This document shows positions 40,330 through 50,305 of a stretch of DNA of 64,000 nt, one piece after another. The position numbers and the translations under genes were made by a program. The number at the start of each line of letters is the position of its first letter. Position 1 is the stretch's first letter. Source of the stretch: Candidatus Cloacimonadales bacterium (lineage in GTDB: Bacteria > Cloacimonadota > Cloacimonadia > Cloacimonadales > JAIOQZ01); contig OY762463.1 in the NCBI GenBank assembly GCA_963665815.1, positions 2,976,001 to 3,040,000 of the forward strand. The letters run 5' to 3'. Under the pieces are notes generated by a model. The model saw only the letters and a program-made list of their open reading frames with translations. It was not told the DNA's origin and did no database searches.

Positions 40330-40797
40330 GTCTCATTTCCTTAAAAAAAATTTGCTTTCAAAAAAACGCTGCCACTTTTGATCTGTCAATCTAATTGAGA
40401 AATAATTATTTATCAAAATTGCATAATTAATGTTATTATTAACCTGTGATTAGAATCTATGCTGCATTTCAATAAAATCGGTGTAAATCTCAGCCCAATT
40501 GTGACCTGTTACAAAAGATAGTTTGAATTTGAGACAGAACATTCAGATTTATGTTAAACAATAATTTCAGGAGAACGAGAGTATGCAGAAAAAATAACCT
40601 TTTGTCTCGTAAACTCGATATTTCCCTACCAGGGAAACAATCAAAACGGGTGCTAAACAAAACTACTTTGTTTGCTGGAAAATCTGTAGAACTAATTTCA
40701 TAGTACTCATATAAAGTGGTAGTGAAGAGAAAATATCTTGTCAGAAAAGAAATCCAATATTACATAGCATAGGTTGAAAGTTTTAAAAGGAGTTGTT

Positions 40798-41952
40798 ATG
40801 AGAACGGATTCAGGACATTGCATTACATTGCATACAATAAAGAAGTGTCTCATTTGTGGAAAACCTATTGAGATAAGAATTGATAGGTGTGAGGGATTAT
40901 TCCATTGCCCATTCTGTGGGATGTATAAAGTAAAAGATAAAGTGTTCAGGGGAGGTTACTCTTACATTGAGAACCTTGAAACTGCAAAAAAGAATAAACT
41001 CAGATATTTATTAAGATATCATGAGAATGTGATGATGAAAAGAATACTTGATTTATCTGAAATTGAACGATATGGATATGCTGTAAACACTCAAAGAGAT
41101 TTATATGTTTTTCTTGCAAATAAGGGAAAGTTCAAAGATAAGAATTATCCTATTGCTCCTAAGTTTTATAAGGAAGAAGATATTAAAGATAATCTCGCAA
41201 AATTCAACGATAGAAATCCAAGTTATGATTCTGAGCAATTAATATTAGAGCATTTGATTTCAAAGAATTGTGTGAAAGGAAAATATTGTGATATAACAGC
41301 AAATGATTTTCCTCTGTTCTTGATAGATAATTCTGATACATATGAATACTGCATAGAAAACCTTGAAGAACACAAGAAAATCAAAAAAAAAGATGGTAAC
41401 AAGTACTTGATCACAGCTAGAGAATTGTCTGTCAATTCTGCAACTCCTGAGTATATTACAAAACCAATAGATGAACTTAAAGAAAAGGATATAGAAAACA
41501 TCATAAAAAGTGGAGAAGGAAATACTGTTGAGTTTAAATTATCCTTAAGATGGGATTTGAAACTGAATAAAGTCAATAAAGACTTAACAGATAAAGTTAT
41601 TAAAACTATTGCAGCATTCGCAAATACAAATGGTGGTTTGATTTTAATAGGAGTTCACGATTCTGGTGACATTAAAGGTATTCCAAAAAATTTTGAAGAA
41701 CTTAAAACAATGGACAATTATCAAAAGCATATTGATGATAGAGTTCAGGATAAACTGGGGAATGTTGTATGTGCTTACAAAGACCAGAGTTTTTTTGGGT
41801 TTAATGGAAAAAATGTTCTAATGATTAGAGTACGTGAATCTAAAACATGTATTTCATATGATAACAAAGATATAATTGTTAGAAGAGGTGTGTCAAATAT
41901 CACTTTATCAGCTAATGATGCAATTGAATATGGAAGAAAATGGAGAAATTAA
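40798..41952 (+). CDS. Zn-ribbon + wHTH-like + Schlafen/AlbA_2 domain protein
   Basis: CLICG...CPFCG N-terminus; C-terminal GEGNTVEFK...KTIAAFANTNGG.ILIGVHDSG.I.GI...VRRG. ATG 40798 after AAGGAG. Confidence 0.85.
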   Translation: MRTDSGHCITLHTIKKCLICGKPIEIRIDRCEGLFHCPFCGMYKVKDKVFRGGYSYIENLETAKKNKLRYLLRYHENVMMKRILDLSEIERYGYAVNTQRDLYVFLANKGKFKDKNYPIAPKFYKEEDIKDNLAKFNDRNPSYDSEQLILEHLISKNCVKGKYCDITANDFPLFLIDNSDTYEYCIENLEEHKKIKKKDGNKYLITARELSVNSATPEYITKPIDELKEKDIENIIKSGEGNTVEFKLSLRWDLKLNKVNKDLTDKVIKTIAAFANTNGGLILIGVHDSGDIKGIPKNFEELKTMDNYQKHIDDRVQDKLGNVVCAYKDQSFFGFNGKNVLMIRVRESKTCISYDNKDIIVRRGVSNITLSANDAIEYGRKWRN

Positions 41953-41954
41953 AT

Positions 41955-43127
41955 ATGCACAAAATCATAGAAACAGAAAAAATCCCGATTAAGCTCTGGC
42001 TGAAGAAAATTGAGCCGGGCGCACTTCAACAGGCAAAGAATCTGGCAAACCTGCCTTTCGCGTTTCACCATGTCGCTATAATGCCGGACTCGCATCAGGG
42101 CTACGGAATGCCAATCGGTGGAGTTCTTGCCACAAAGAATGTTGTTATACCAAACGCTGTTGGGGTTGACATTGGCTGTGGTATGTGTGCTGTCAGAACT
42201 TCCTTACAGAAAATAAACAGAGCAACTCTGAAAGAGATTAGAAATGCTGTTATCAACTCTATACCGGTGGGTTTCAGTCACAATAAAGCAAAACAACGGG
42301 ACTGGTTAGATGACAGCCAAAAGAAAGAGTTGAGCGGCTCAGTTATAGAACATGAATATGAGTCTTCCTTATTTCAGATTGGTACTCTTGGAGGTGGAAA
42401 CCATTTCATTGAGATCCAGGAAGGCTCTGATGGTTATATCTGGATTATGCTGCACTCAGGAAGCAGAAATCTTGGACTGAAAGTTGCAACTTATTACAAT
42501 CGAGCTGCAAAAGATATGAATAAGAAAATGGGGTCTGATGTCCCAAAACATTTCGACCTGGCTTATCTTCCTTTGGATACCGATGATGGTTTGAGTTATA
42601 TGCGAGAGATGACATCTTGTGTAGATTTTGCATTGCAGAACAGAAAGCTGATGTTGAAAAAAATTATGGATATCTTCGCGGACCTGACATCGGAGGGTTT
42701 TTCGGAAAAACCTGAAATAATTAATATCGCCCACAATTATGCAGCTGTTGAAAATCATTTTGGCGAAGATGTAGTAGTGCATCGAAAAGGAGCAACAAAG
42801 GCTTTCAAGGATCTAAAGGGAATAATCCCGGGTTCACAGGGTTCAAAAAGTTACATTGTCAGAGGTCTGGGGAATCCCGAAAGTTTTAAGTCGTGTTCAC
42901 ATGGTGCCGGCAGGGTTATGGGAAGAAAAGAAGCTCAGAAGAAACTTGATCTTGCTTCTGAGCTTAAAAAGATGAATGATCAGAATATTATCCACGGTTT
43001 GCGATCTGTTCGAGATTTAGATGAAGCTGCCGGAGCCTACAAGGATATTGATGTTGTGATGGAAAACCAGAAAGATCTGGTTGAAATTCTTGTTGAGTTA
43101 AAACCGTTGGCAGTTGTGAAGGGGTGA
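41955..43127 (+). CDS. rtcB: RNA ligase RtcB
   Basis: MPDSHQGYGMPIGG, GVDIGCG, GTLGGGNHFIE, HSGSR, HNY, HRKGAT, SHGAGR and DEAAGAYKDI. ATG 41955 with GGAG RBS inside the upstream gene. Confidence 0.96.
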   Translation: MHKIIETEKIPIKLWLKKIEPGALQQAKNLANLPFAFHHVAIMPDSHQGYGMPIGGVLATKNVVIPNAVGVDIGCGMCAVRTSLQKINRATLKEIRNAVINSIPVGFSHNKAKQRDWLDDSQKKELSGSVIEHEYESSLFQIGTLGGGNHFIEIQEGSDGYIWIMLHSGSRNLGLKVATYYNRAAKDMNKKMGSDVPKHFDLAYLPLDTDDGLSYMREMTSCVDFALQNRKLMLKKIMDIFADLTSEGFSEKPEIINIAHNYAAVENHFGEDVVVHRKGATKAFKDLKGIIPGSQGSKSYIVRGLGNPESFKSCSHGAGRVMGRKEAQKKLDLASELKKMNDQNIIHGLRSVRDLDEAAGAYKDIDVVMENQKDLVEILVELKPLAVVKG

Positions 43128-43145
43128 TTTTTACCTTGCTATATT

Positions 43146-44195
43146 TTAGTAGCTGTATTTAAATCCTTTAATAATTGACTCTTTTACAGTAAAGAGCAAG
43201 TCTCCGGAAAAAAAGATAGAGTCTGTGTTCTGATCCAGTGTTAATCTACAATAATACTTGTTGTCTTTAAACACATCATATTTTTTGTTCGATTTAATCC
43301 AGATATTGTTTTGGTTGTCTATGAGAATTTCTTCAATAGTATTTCTGTAGTCCACGTTCAGTTTTAGCTTTTTCCCATTGAAAGAAAAGTTATATAACTC
43401 GTCTATTTTCTTATTTCCTTCAGCATCCATTGAAACTTTATCGTAATGTCTGGAAGTCTCAGAAATTTTGCTTCCGTCTACGCTGTAAATGTCGAATTTG
43501 AATTCTTTGGAGTTGTATTCTGTTGCAACAGTCATTCTTCGATCCATTCTATAGCATAATCCGCCTTTAAACGGGTTATACTTGTCACTTAATGACTGGT
43601 TATGGGTCGCCTTAGCAATATTTTTTATCAACACCATGCTATTGTTATATAGATTAAGTTCAGTGGATTTTTCTATGCCATTTTGGGACATCATCATTTT
43701 ATATACAAATCCTGTAAATCCCATGTCAGTTTTTAGGATGTCTGTTGGGGAATAAACTTCATCAAATTTAATTTGAGTGATGTATGAACCATTCCCGGAG
43801 TATATCGAAATAGCTCGTTTGTTACTGTCCGGAACGTATAATGTATCTCTGTACACATCAAATGAATATATTTCTCCTGCAAATTCTCCGGGCCCATTTC
43901 CTTTTTTATCCAATCTGAAGAGCTCATCTCCGGCTTTATTCATTTTAGCGATTTTATTGCTGGAAGTTAACACATAAAGATCAGAATTTTTATCCATTTT
44001 AATGCATCTGACATCAGATAAAATGTCTAGTTTCGTAAGATCGATATCAAGAACTTTGTCCAGATGTAGATCCGTATTTTCCATTTGTGGTGATTTGTCG
44101 TTTTCAAAATAAGCGACCTTATCCATAAAATTCTGTTTTTCTGAACAAGCAAGCAACATTAATGCTAAAATAATCACAATACAATAATGTCTCAA
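43146..44195 (-). CDS. Six-bladed beta-propeller (NHL-like) lipoprotein
   Basis: Lipobox LLAC; KGNGPGEF and DTLYVPD motifs; TTG start after GGAGG. Confidence 0.78.
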   Translation of the reverse strand: MRHYCIVIILALMLLACSEKQNFMDKVAYFENDKSPQMENTDLHLDKVLDIDLTKLDILSDVRCIKMDKNSDLYVLTSSNKIAKMNKAGDELFRLDKKGNGPGEFAGEIYSFDVYRDTLYVPDSNKRAISIYSGNGSYITQIKFDEVYSPTDILKTDMGFTGFVYKMMMSQNGIEKSTELNLYNNSMVLIKNIAKATHNQSLSDKYNPFKGGLCYRMDRRMTVATEYNSKEFKFDIYSVDGSKISETSRHYDKVSMDAEGNKKIDELYNFSFNGKKLKLNVDYRNTIEEILIDNQNNIWIKSNKKYDVFKDNKYYCRLTLDQNTDSIFFSGDLLFTVKESIIKGFKYSY

Positions 44196-44404
44196 TTTTC
44201 CTCCAGTAATTTATTTGAAACTAAAACAAATAATCACAAAAATAAAAATAATGTCAAATTTGTAATATTGATTTATAATAGCAATGAAAAGACAGATCAT
44301 TTAGTAAGTAAAGTTTGTGATTGAATGTAGACAAACGTAGAATGTTCTTGACTTTAATATAAAATACTACATCGTATGAACTAACTTTAGATAAGGAATG
44401 AATA

Positions 44405-46528
44405 ATGATTAACTTGATTGATGAATTGAATAACAAGCTGTCCTCGGCAATTAGAAACTCTGACGATGTTGAGCAAACAAAAATTCTTGAAATGCTGTTG
44501 GCAGAGTACAGTAAGCAGAAAAACCTTAAGAAAAGCATTGAGACATATGAATGTATGATACCTGTACTCAGAAGAAACAATTTGTTCGAGAAACTTGCTC
44601 TTAATTTGATAGATCAGGCTAATCTGCTGTTCCTTATTCCTGAGTTCAAAAAAGCCTTGGACCTTTTAGAAGAAGCTGAACCTCTTTGCGATAAAGCAGG
44701 ACGGACGGATCTTAAATCTCAGGCATATTCTGCTATGGGTAAAATCCACAACAAGCTAGGCAATATAGAAACAAGTCTCGAATATCTGTACAAATCCATG
44801 GAACTTTTCGAATGCAGCAGCAGTGATCTCCCTTTGCAAGCCAAACTGGAAAATCACAAGATTTACGCTTCATCTCTGGAAGTACTGGCAATGATAAACC
44901 ATCAGATTGGTGATGTTGACAAGGCAAGAGAGTGTATTCAGAAGGCATTGGATACATGTCTTGCTATTGATTTCAAGGCTGGTATTCTGAAGAACCTTAA
45001 TAATCTGGGAGCGGCCTGGCAGGATATTCCTGAAAAATCTCAGAACTATTATCGAGAAGCTCTCAAGATAGCTGAGAAGATGCAGAATAAGTTGATGGTA
45101 GCCGTTATCACCAGTAATATTGGCGGTTGTTACGAGGATATGGAAGAATATGATAATGCACTGGAATACTATAACAAAGCGATTGCTTTTTCATTGAGAA
45201 ACGATGTCATGAAATATCTTCCTTACTTCTATATGTATCAGGGCGATGTTTACTATAAAATCGGGAAATATGCTGCTGCTGAAACATCTTTTGAAAATTG
45301 TAAAAAACAGGCAGAAGTAAACAATATGCTGCAGGTAATTGTGGAATGCAATGAAAAGCTGTGCGAAGTCTTTAAGCAGAGAAACGATTATAAACAAGCT
45401 TATGAATGTCTGAACACAAGTTACAAAATGAGCAGAGAAATGTTTAACAACAGAATGAAGAAACAGACCGAGTCAATGGAAAATTCTCTTGCGAAAGTTA
45501 AAGCTGAACTACGTAAAACAACCAGAGAAAAATCCATAATTTCCAAGGCTCTTCGAAATGAAATGCAGATGAACTTCATTGGAGAAAGTCTGACTATCAA
45601 GAATGTTCTTAAAACTGCACTGAAAGTGGCTGATTACAGGAACTCAAACGTGATTGTTACCGGAGAAAGCGGAACAGGTAAGGAAATTATCTCCAATATT
45701 ATTCATTATGCCAGCAGCAGAAAAGATAACTTTATAATACCGGTAAATTGCAGTGCTATTCCTGTATCTTTGGCTGAAAGTGAGTTTTTCGGTCATGTTA
45801 AAGGTGCCTTTACCGGGGCTGATGAAAATAAAGACGGTTATATTCTGGAAGCAGACGGAGGAACATTATTTCTTGATGAGATAGGGGATATGCCTTTGAA
45901 ACTTCAGGCAAAGCTGTTAAGGGCAATAGAAACACAAAAGATAAGACCTGTAGGTTCAGCAAAGGATATTGATGTGGATTTCAGGGTTGTTGCAGCAACA
46001 AACAGAGATATAAATGATTTGATTCGCAGCAATAAATTCCGTGGTGATCTGTATTACAGGTTGAATACAATCGAGATAAATATTCCTCCTCTGCGAGACA
46101 GAAAAGATGATATTGAAGCATTATTGAACTATTTCGTCGGATCGTATTCCAATGCTTTCAGTAAGGTTAATCCGGTGATTGAAGACTCTGTCTTGATAAA
46201 ACTGAAGAAGTATTCATTCCCAGGGAATGTGAGAGAGCTAAAGAATATGGTTGAAAGAGCTTTTATTGTAGCTTCCGGAGATACATTGAAATCAGAGCAT
46301 TTCCCTATAATTGACTCATCTTCCGGAACACATTACCATATAACACCTTCACAAAATAGTAATACAAGTATCGCAAAAGCAAAAAGGCCTTCCGATCTCA
46401 GTTTTGCAGATATTGTAAAGGCGTTAGAAACTACCGGTAACAACAAAACTCAAGCTGCAAAAATGCTGGGAATTTCATACTCATCTCTTGCCAGAAGAAT
46501 AAAAGCTTCTTCTTCTGTTACTCCCTGA
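44405..46528 (+). CDS. Sigma54-dependent enhancer-binding protein with N-terminal TPR sensor and Fis HTH
   Basis: TPR repeats; GESGTGKE, ESEFFGHVKGAFTGA, LFLDEIG, FRGDLYYRL, PGNVREL; NKTQAAKMLGIS. Confidence 0.93.
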   Translation: MINLIDELNNKLSSAIRNSDDVEQTKILEMLLAEYSKQKNLKKSIETYECMIPVLRRNNLFEKLALNLIDQANLLFLIPEFKKALDLLEEAEPLCDKAGRTDLKSQAYSAMGKIHNKLGNIETSLEYLYKSMELFECSSSDLPLQAKLENHKIYASSLEVLAMINHQIGDVDKARECIQKALDTCLAIDFKAGILKNLNNLGAAWQDIPEKSQNYYREALKIAEKMQNKLMVAVITSNIGGCYEDMEEYDNALEYYNKAIAFSLRNDVMKYLPYFYMYQGDVYYKIGKYAAAETSFENCKKQAEVNNMLQVIVECNEKLCEVFKQRNDYKQAYECLNTSYKMSREMFNNRMKKQTESMENSLAKVKAELRKTTREKSIISKALRNEMQMNFIGESLTIKNVLKTALKVADYRNSNVIVTGESGTGKEIISNIIHYASSRKDNFIIPVNCSAIPVSLAESEFFGHVKGAFTGADENKDGYILEADGGTLFLDEIGDMPLKLQAKLLRAIETQKIRPVGSAKDIDVDFRVVAATNRDINDLIRSNKFRGDLYYRLNTIEINIPPLRDRKDDIEALLNYFVGSYSNAFSKVNPVIEDSVLIKLKKYSFPGNVRELKNMVERAFIVASGDTLKSEHFPIIDSSSGTHYHITPSQNSNTSIAKAKRPSDLSFADIVKALETTGNNKTQAAKMLGISYSSLARRIKASSSVTP

Positions 46529-46833
46529 CGATAACTATCCCACCACCTTGGTAATAGTTGCTCGAAAATTTAAAAAATCTCATTGATCCTTATTTTTCAA
46601 AAAGCTACTATATTTTGCTGTTATGCAAGGCATTCATTATGTAAAACACTCATTTATACACTTTGTTAAACCTACCTGTTCATTTGATCGAGTTAAGTCA
46701 AAAGAACGATCATTTGAACGACCATCATTGTCAGGTCTCAATCGAAAAGTCTTCATGCTTTTATGAATATAGAAAAGATAATCTACTGCAAATAAAATAG
46801 ATAAGAATTTAAGGATATATGATATTGTGCAAC

Positions 46834-46848
46834 TGGCACTATCAATGC
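46834..46848 (+). promoter_or_regulatory. Sigma54 (-24/-12) promoter
   Basis: TGGCAC-TATCA-ATGC: exact GG-N10-GC spacing, about 300 bp downstream of the bEBP gene. Confidence 0.7.
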
Positions 46849-46863
46849 TCATACTATTTTACT

Positions 46864-47154
46864 ATGGAAAAGATAAACGTAAGGAAAACAGATTTAACAT
46901 TGTATAATCATACTGAGGATATTGTGGAGATTGGCTCGATAGTTGATCTATCCCGAAATGAACCTGCTCAGTTCTGTTTCACTCTGTGTTACACAGATGG
47001 TTCGATTGTTAATATTCTTCAGCCATACTCAATTGAAGATAAAAACAAGGCAATGAGTAAGATATCTTCTTTTCGTCAGAGGTTTATTGAGCGTTTCTGC
47101 GATGACTTTGTACTAACAGAAGAAGATGCTGATAATTATACTGACCAGCTTTAA
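46864..47154 (+). CDS. Small hypothetical protein (start uncertain)
   Basis: Open frame between the sigma54 promoter and the CTD gene. The track start at 46819 lies upstream of the promoter, so the next ATG was chosen. Confidence 0.5.
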   Translation: MEKINVRKTDLTLYNHTEDIVEIGSIVDLSRNEPAQFCFTLCYTDGSIVNILQPYSIEDKNKAMSKISSFRQRFIERFCDDFVLTEEDADNYTDQL

Positions 47155-47190
47155 ATTAATTTTGAAAATCATAATACGGAGGAATTGAGT

Positions 47191-49815
47191 ATGAAAAAAC
47201 TCAGTCTATTTATATTTTTTTTAATATTATTAACTGTTTGCAGCCTTTCATCAGATATAGGAAGAGAAATTGAAAACTGGGCTGCCAATCAGAATCGTGA
47301 AATAACAACAGGTGATATTCAAGAGCACTTGAACAGCTCAAGAAGCACAGGAGATATTACTTATGGAAGTGACTACAGTTTCAATCTTGAAACTTATTAC
47401 AGTATAGAAACTGTTGAGATGAGTACTGATAATGCTTTTTATATATTGGAGGCATCAACGGCAGGAACAAAAATCTATAAGGGATCAATTGTGAACGGAG
47501 CGGTCTCTGTTGGCTCGGGAATATCATATAGCGTAACCAGTAACTTTACAAGTGACTATTGTACTGTCGGTAACAAGATAATTACTGTTGGCACAAGACA
47601 GGCTACACCTCAAATTACGATTGCCCACATTCTGGAAGTAGGTGAAAACTCTGTGACTACTTATGGACCATTTTCACTGAATAACGAATATAGTCATGCA
47701 TCAACAGTCAGCAAGATTGATGACAATACAGTTATGTTTACGTATAATAACAGTAATGTTGGTTATGCAAGAATAGCAACGCTTGAGAACAATACTCTCA
47801 ACTGGCAGAGCAGTACAACAATCCCGTATGGAAGAGTTACATTTCAGCATGTTGAAATGCTGAATTCTACAAAATTTGCAATTTCATTCAGATCTTATGA
47901 TACTGATTCTGAACTCGGGACAATAGCCGGAGAAATTAACGGATACAATATCTGTTGGGGAAATGTATATTCACCGGGCCCTGAAAGCGGATTAATGAAT
48001 ATAGGAATATCCAGAGCGTTTATCAGATGGACTAATGATAATCAGTATGTACTTATAGCTGGCGGTTATGAATTAGGACAGCATCCTATGTCCGCTGAAG
48101 GAGAAGTTCAGGTTATTGTGCTGGATGTAAATGGTACAGCTTTAACATATCACTCATCATTGGTGCTTGAACATCAGGATCAGTTTTATCCCTCGATAAA
48201 TTGTGTTAACCTGATAGGAGATAATCATATTCTTTGTCTCTTGCAGACATCTAATCAATCCAGAAGAATATTTTATAATCTGTTGATAAAAGGAACAGGA
48301 ATTGAAACAGGGGATTCTGAGCTGATTATGGATGAAATGAATACCAATTACATATTCATGAATAATTTACCAGGAAACGAACTGCTTTCAATATACACTA
48401 TAAATGGTGCTACACCAACCGGAAGAGCAAGGATTCTAACTATAGGACCTGCTGAAAAACCGGGAAGTGCAACTGCTGTGTTTCCATTAAATGGTGAAAC
48501 AGAGCTTCCCCGTAAAGTCACAGTGGACTGGAGATATGAGCAGGCTGGTGACGACCCGGATGGATTCAAGATTCTGGTTAATGATGCTCAAGTTGCAGAT
48601 ATAGCTTACGATACAGATCGTATTTATACTTACGCTCTGGACAATCTGGAATACAATGCGGATTATACATGGGAAGTGATACCATATAATTTTGCTGGTG
48701 ATTCTGAAACAACATCTCGATGGACATTCACTGTCATGGGTGAACCTGCCAATGCAGATGAGCTTCCTTCTGAAGTAGTGTACTTCGAAAAAGAAGATTT
48801 TTCCGGAGACAATCCTCCTGCAATAATTCTTCCTCAGATAAATCTTGGAAATGGTGATGTATCTCCTGAAGCTGATTTTCAGTATGGATCTTCAGTTAGT
48901 AATTTCAATGTGGGAATCAGAGTTCAGGATCAACCGGATAATCCATTACCTCATCCTGAAAATTGCGGTATAGCTTTCTCTGCTGATTTCCCGACAGGTA
49001 TTGAAACAACTCTGGATTTGAATTATGGTGGTGCATCAACTGCTACAGAGCTTGTTCGTTGGAACGGGGCAGCGTGGGAAGATGTAACTGCAGAATCAGG
49101 GGCTATATTCCCCGGAAACGGTGTTGTAACATTCAGCTGGATTTCTTCAACCAGAGCTGAAGAGCAGTTTGCAGTGAATGGTGGTGATGATTCCACTCTT
49201 CCGGTTGAACTGTCATCTTTTAATGCAGTGCAGATGCAGGAAGATAATATTCAGGTTGTTTGGGTAACACAATCCGAAAACAATAATCTTGGATTCAATG
49301 TACTTCGTAGTGAAATTAATGATGTAGCGGATGCAGCTAAAATAAATGGTGATGTTATCCCCGGGTGTAATTCCTCATCAGAAAAAACATATGATTTTAT
49401 TGATCAGGATGTGGAGTACGAGCAGAGATATTTCTACTGGCTGGAATCGATTGATTTGAATAATAACAGCAAATATTTTGGTCCGGTAGATATTACAATA
49501 GAAAGAGAAAAAGATGAGGATACTGCTGAAGATTTCTATCGCCTCGGTATTCAGGCAATATATCCAAATCCGTTCAATCCCACAACAAACATCAATTACA
49601 GTATTAAGGATGAAGGATTAGTAGAGATTTCTGTATTTAACCTTAAAGGGCAAAAAGTGAAGACACTTGTCAGCAAAGTCTCTGATGCAGGAGACTTCTC
49701 AATAAGCTGGCATGGAGATACTGATAACGGTGAAGATACTTCTTCCGGAGTTTATTTCATAAGAATGAACACAGTAAATCATATAGAAACCAGAAAAGTA
49801 TTGATGATTAAGTAA
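47191..49815 (+). CDS. Secreted beta-propeller-like + FN3 protein with T9SS-type CTD
   Basis: GGAGG RBS; signal peptide; YTWEVIPYN FN3; TLPVELSSF; IYPNPFNP...GVYFIRM...KVLMIK. Confidence 0.85.
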   Translation: MKKLSLFIFFLILLTVCSLSSDIGREIENWAANQNREITTGDIQEHLNSSRSTGDITYGSDYSFNLETYYSIETVEMSTDNAFYILEASTAGTKIYKGSIVNGAVSVGSGISYSVTSNFTSDYCTVGNKIITVGTRQATPQITIAHILEVGENSVTTYGPFSLNNEYSHASTVSKIDDNTVMFTYNNSNVGYARIATLENNTLNWQSSTTIPYGRVTFQHVEMLNSTKFAISFRSYDTDSELGTIAGEINGYNICWGNVYSPGPESGLMNIGISRAFIRWTNDNQYVLIAGGYELGQHPMSAEGEVQVIVLDVNGTALTYHSSLVLEHQDQFYPSINCVNLIGDNHILCLLQTSNQSRRIFYNLLIKGTGIETGDSELIMDEMNTNYIFMNNLPGNELLSIYTINGATPTGRARILTIGPAEKPGSATAVFPLNGETELPRKVTVDWRYEQAGDDPDGFKILVNDAQVADIAYDTDRIYTYALDNLEYNADYTWEVIPYNFAGDSETTSRWTFTVMGEPANADELPSEVVYFEKEDFSGDNPPAIILPQINLGNGDVSPEADFQYGSSVSNFNVGIRVQDQPDNPLPHPENCGIAFSADFPTGIETTLDLNYGGASTATELVRWNGAAWEDVTAESGAIFPGNGVVTFSWISSTRAEEQFAVNGGDDSTLPVELSSFNAVQMQEDNIQVVWVTQSENNNLGFNVLRSEINDVADAAKINGDVIPGCNSSSEKTYDFIDQDVEYEQRYFYWLESIDLNNNSKYFGPVDITIEREKDEDTAEDFYRLGIQAIYPNPFNPTTNINYSIKDEGLVEISVFNLKGQKVKTLVSKVSDAGDFSISWHGDTDNGEDTSSGVYFIRMNTVNHIETRKVLMIK

Positions 49816-49834
49816 TCATAAACAGGAAAGTAAT

Positions 49835-50248
49835 ATGCATCGTAATTTACAGAGGGAAAAGGTATTCATAAGTATATGTACAGATATGTATACCGGAATC
49901 GTATTGTCAATTGTAAATGACTTTGCAACAATAAATTTGAAATCGAAAATTCACGAATTTCTTTCTTATGGGAACACAACACAACAAAGCAGAATTTACT
50001 TAACCCCGTTTAATCCAGAAACCAATATTAATTTCAGTCCATTGGAAAGTAAAAAAGTGGATATATCGAATTTCAATCTCATAGTAACTGTAACCTGTAT
50101 AATTAGTTATGCAGGGGAGATGCTACATGAAGTCAGAGCTCCGGAAATCATTAACCTTGCTGTGGTGAACTTTCTTGGAAAGGTGTCACGAAAAGTACAT
50201 CCGGCATTGGCAGGAGTTCAATTTAACAGAAATGTAAAATGCTCTTGA
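49835..50248 (+). pseudogene. Degenerate remnant containing a CTD fragment
   Basis: Internal YLTPFNPETNINFS...KVDISNFNL resembles YPNPFNPETxIxF...VEISIFNL; the rest has no recognisable fold. Confidence 0.4.
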
Positions 50249-50275
50249 TTTAGTAAATTCTGCTGTCCCTTAGTT

Positions 50276-50304
50276 TCAAGCCTGCAGTCCTCATGCAGGC
50301 TTGA
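50276..50304. terminator. Terminator hairpin between convergent genes
   Basis: TCAAGCCTGCA-GTCCTCA-TGCAGGCTTGA, perfect 11-bp stem. Confidence 0.8.
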
Positions 50305-50305
50305 T

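Noticed and set aside
40330-40790. T-box riboswitch upstream of tyrS
   Set aside because: No T-box consensus or terminator/antiterminator is recognisable.
44405-46528. The bEBP as RtcR activating rtcB
   Set aside because: The N-terminus is TPR, not CARF; no GG-N10-GC sigma54 motif was found by eye upstream of the Schlafen-rtcB unit; a good motif lies downstream at 46834.
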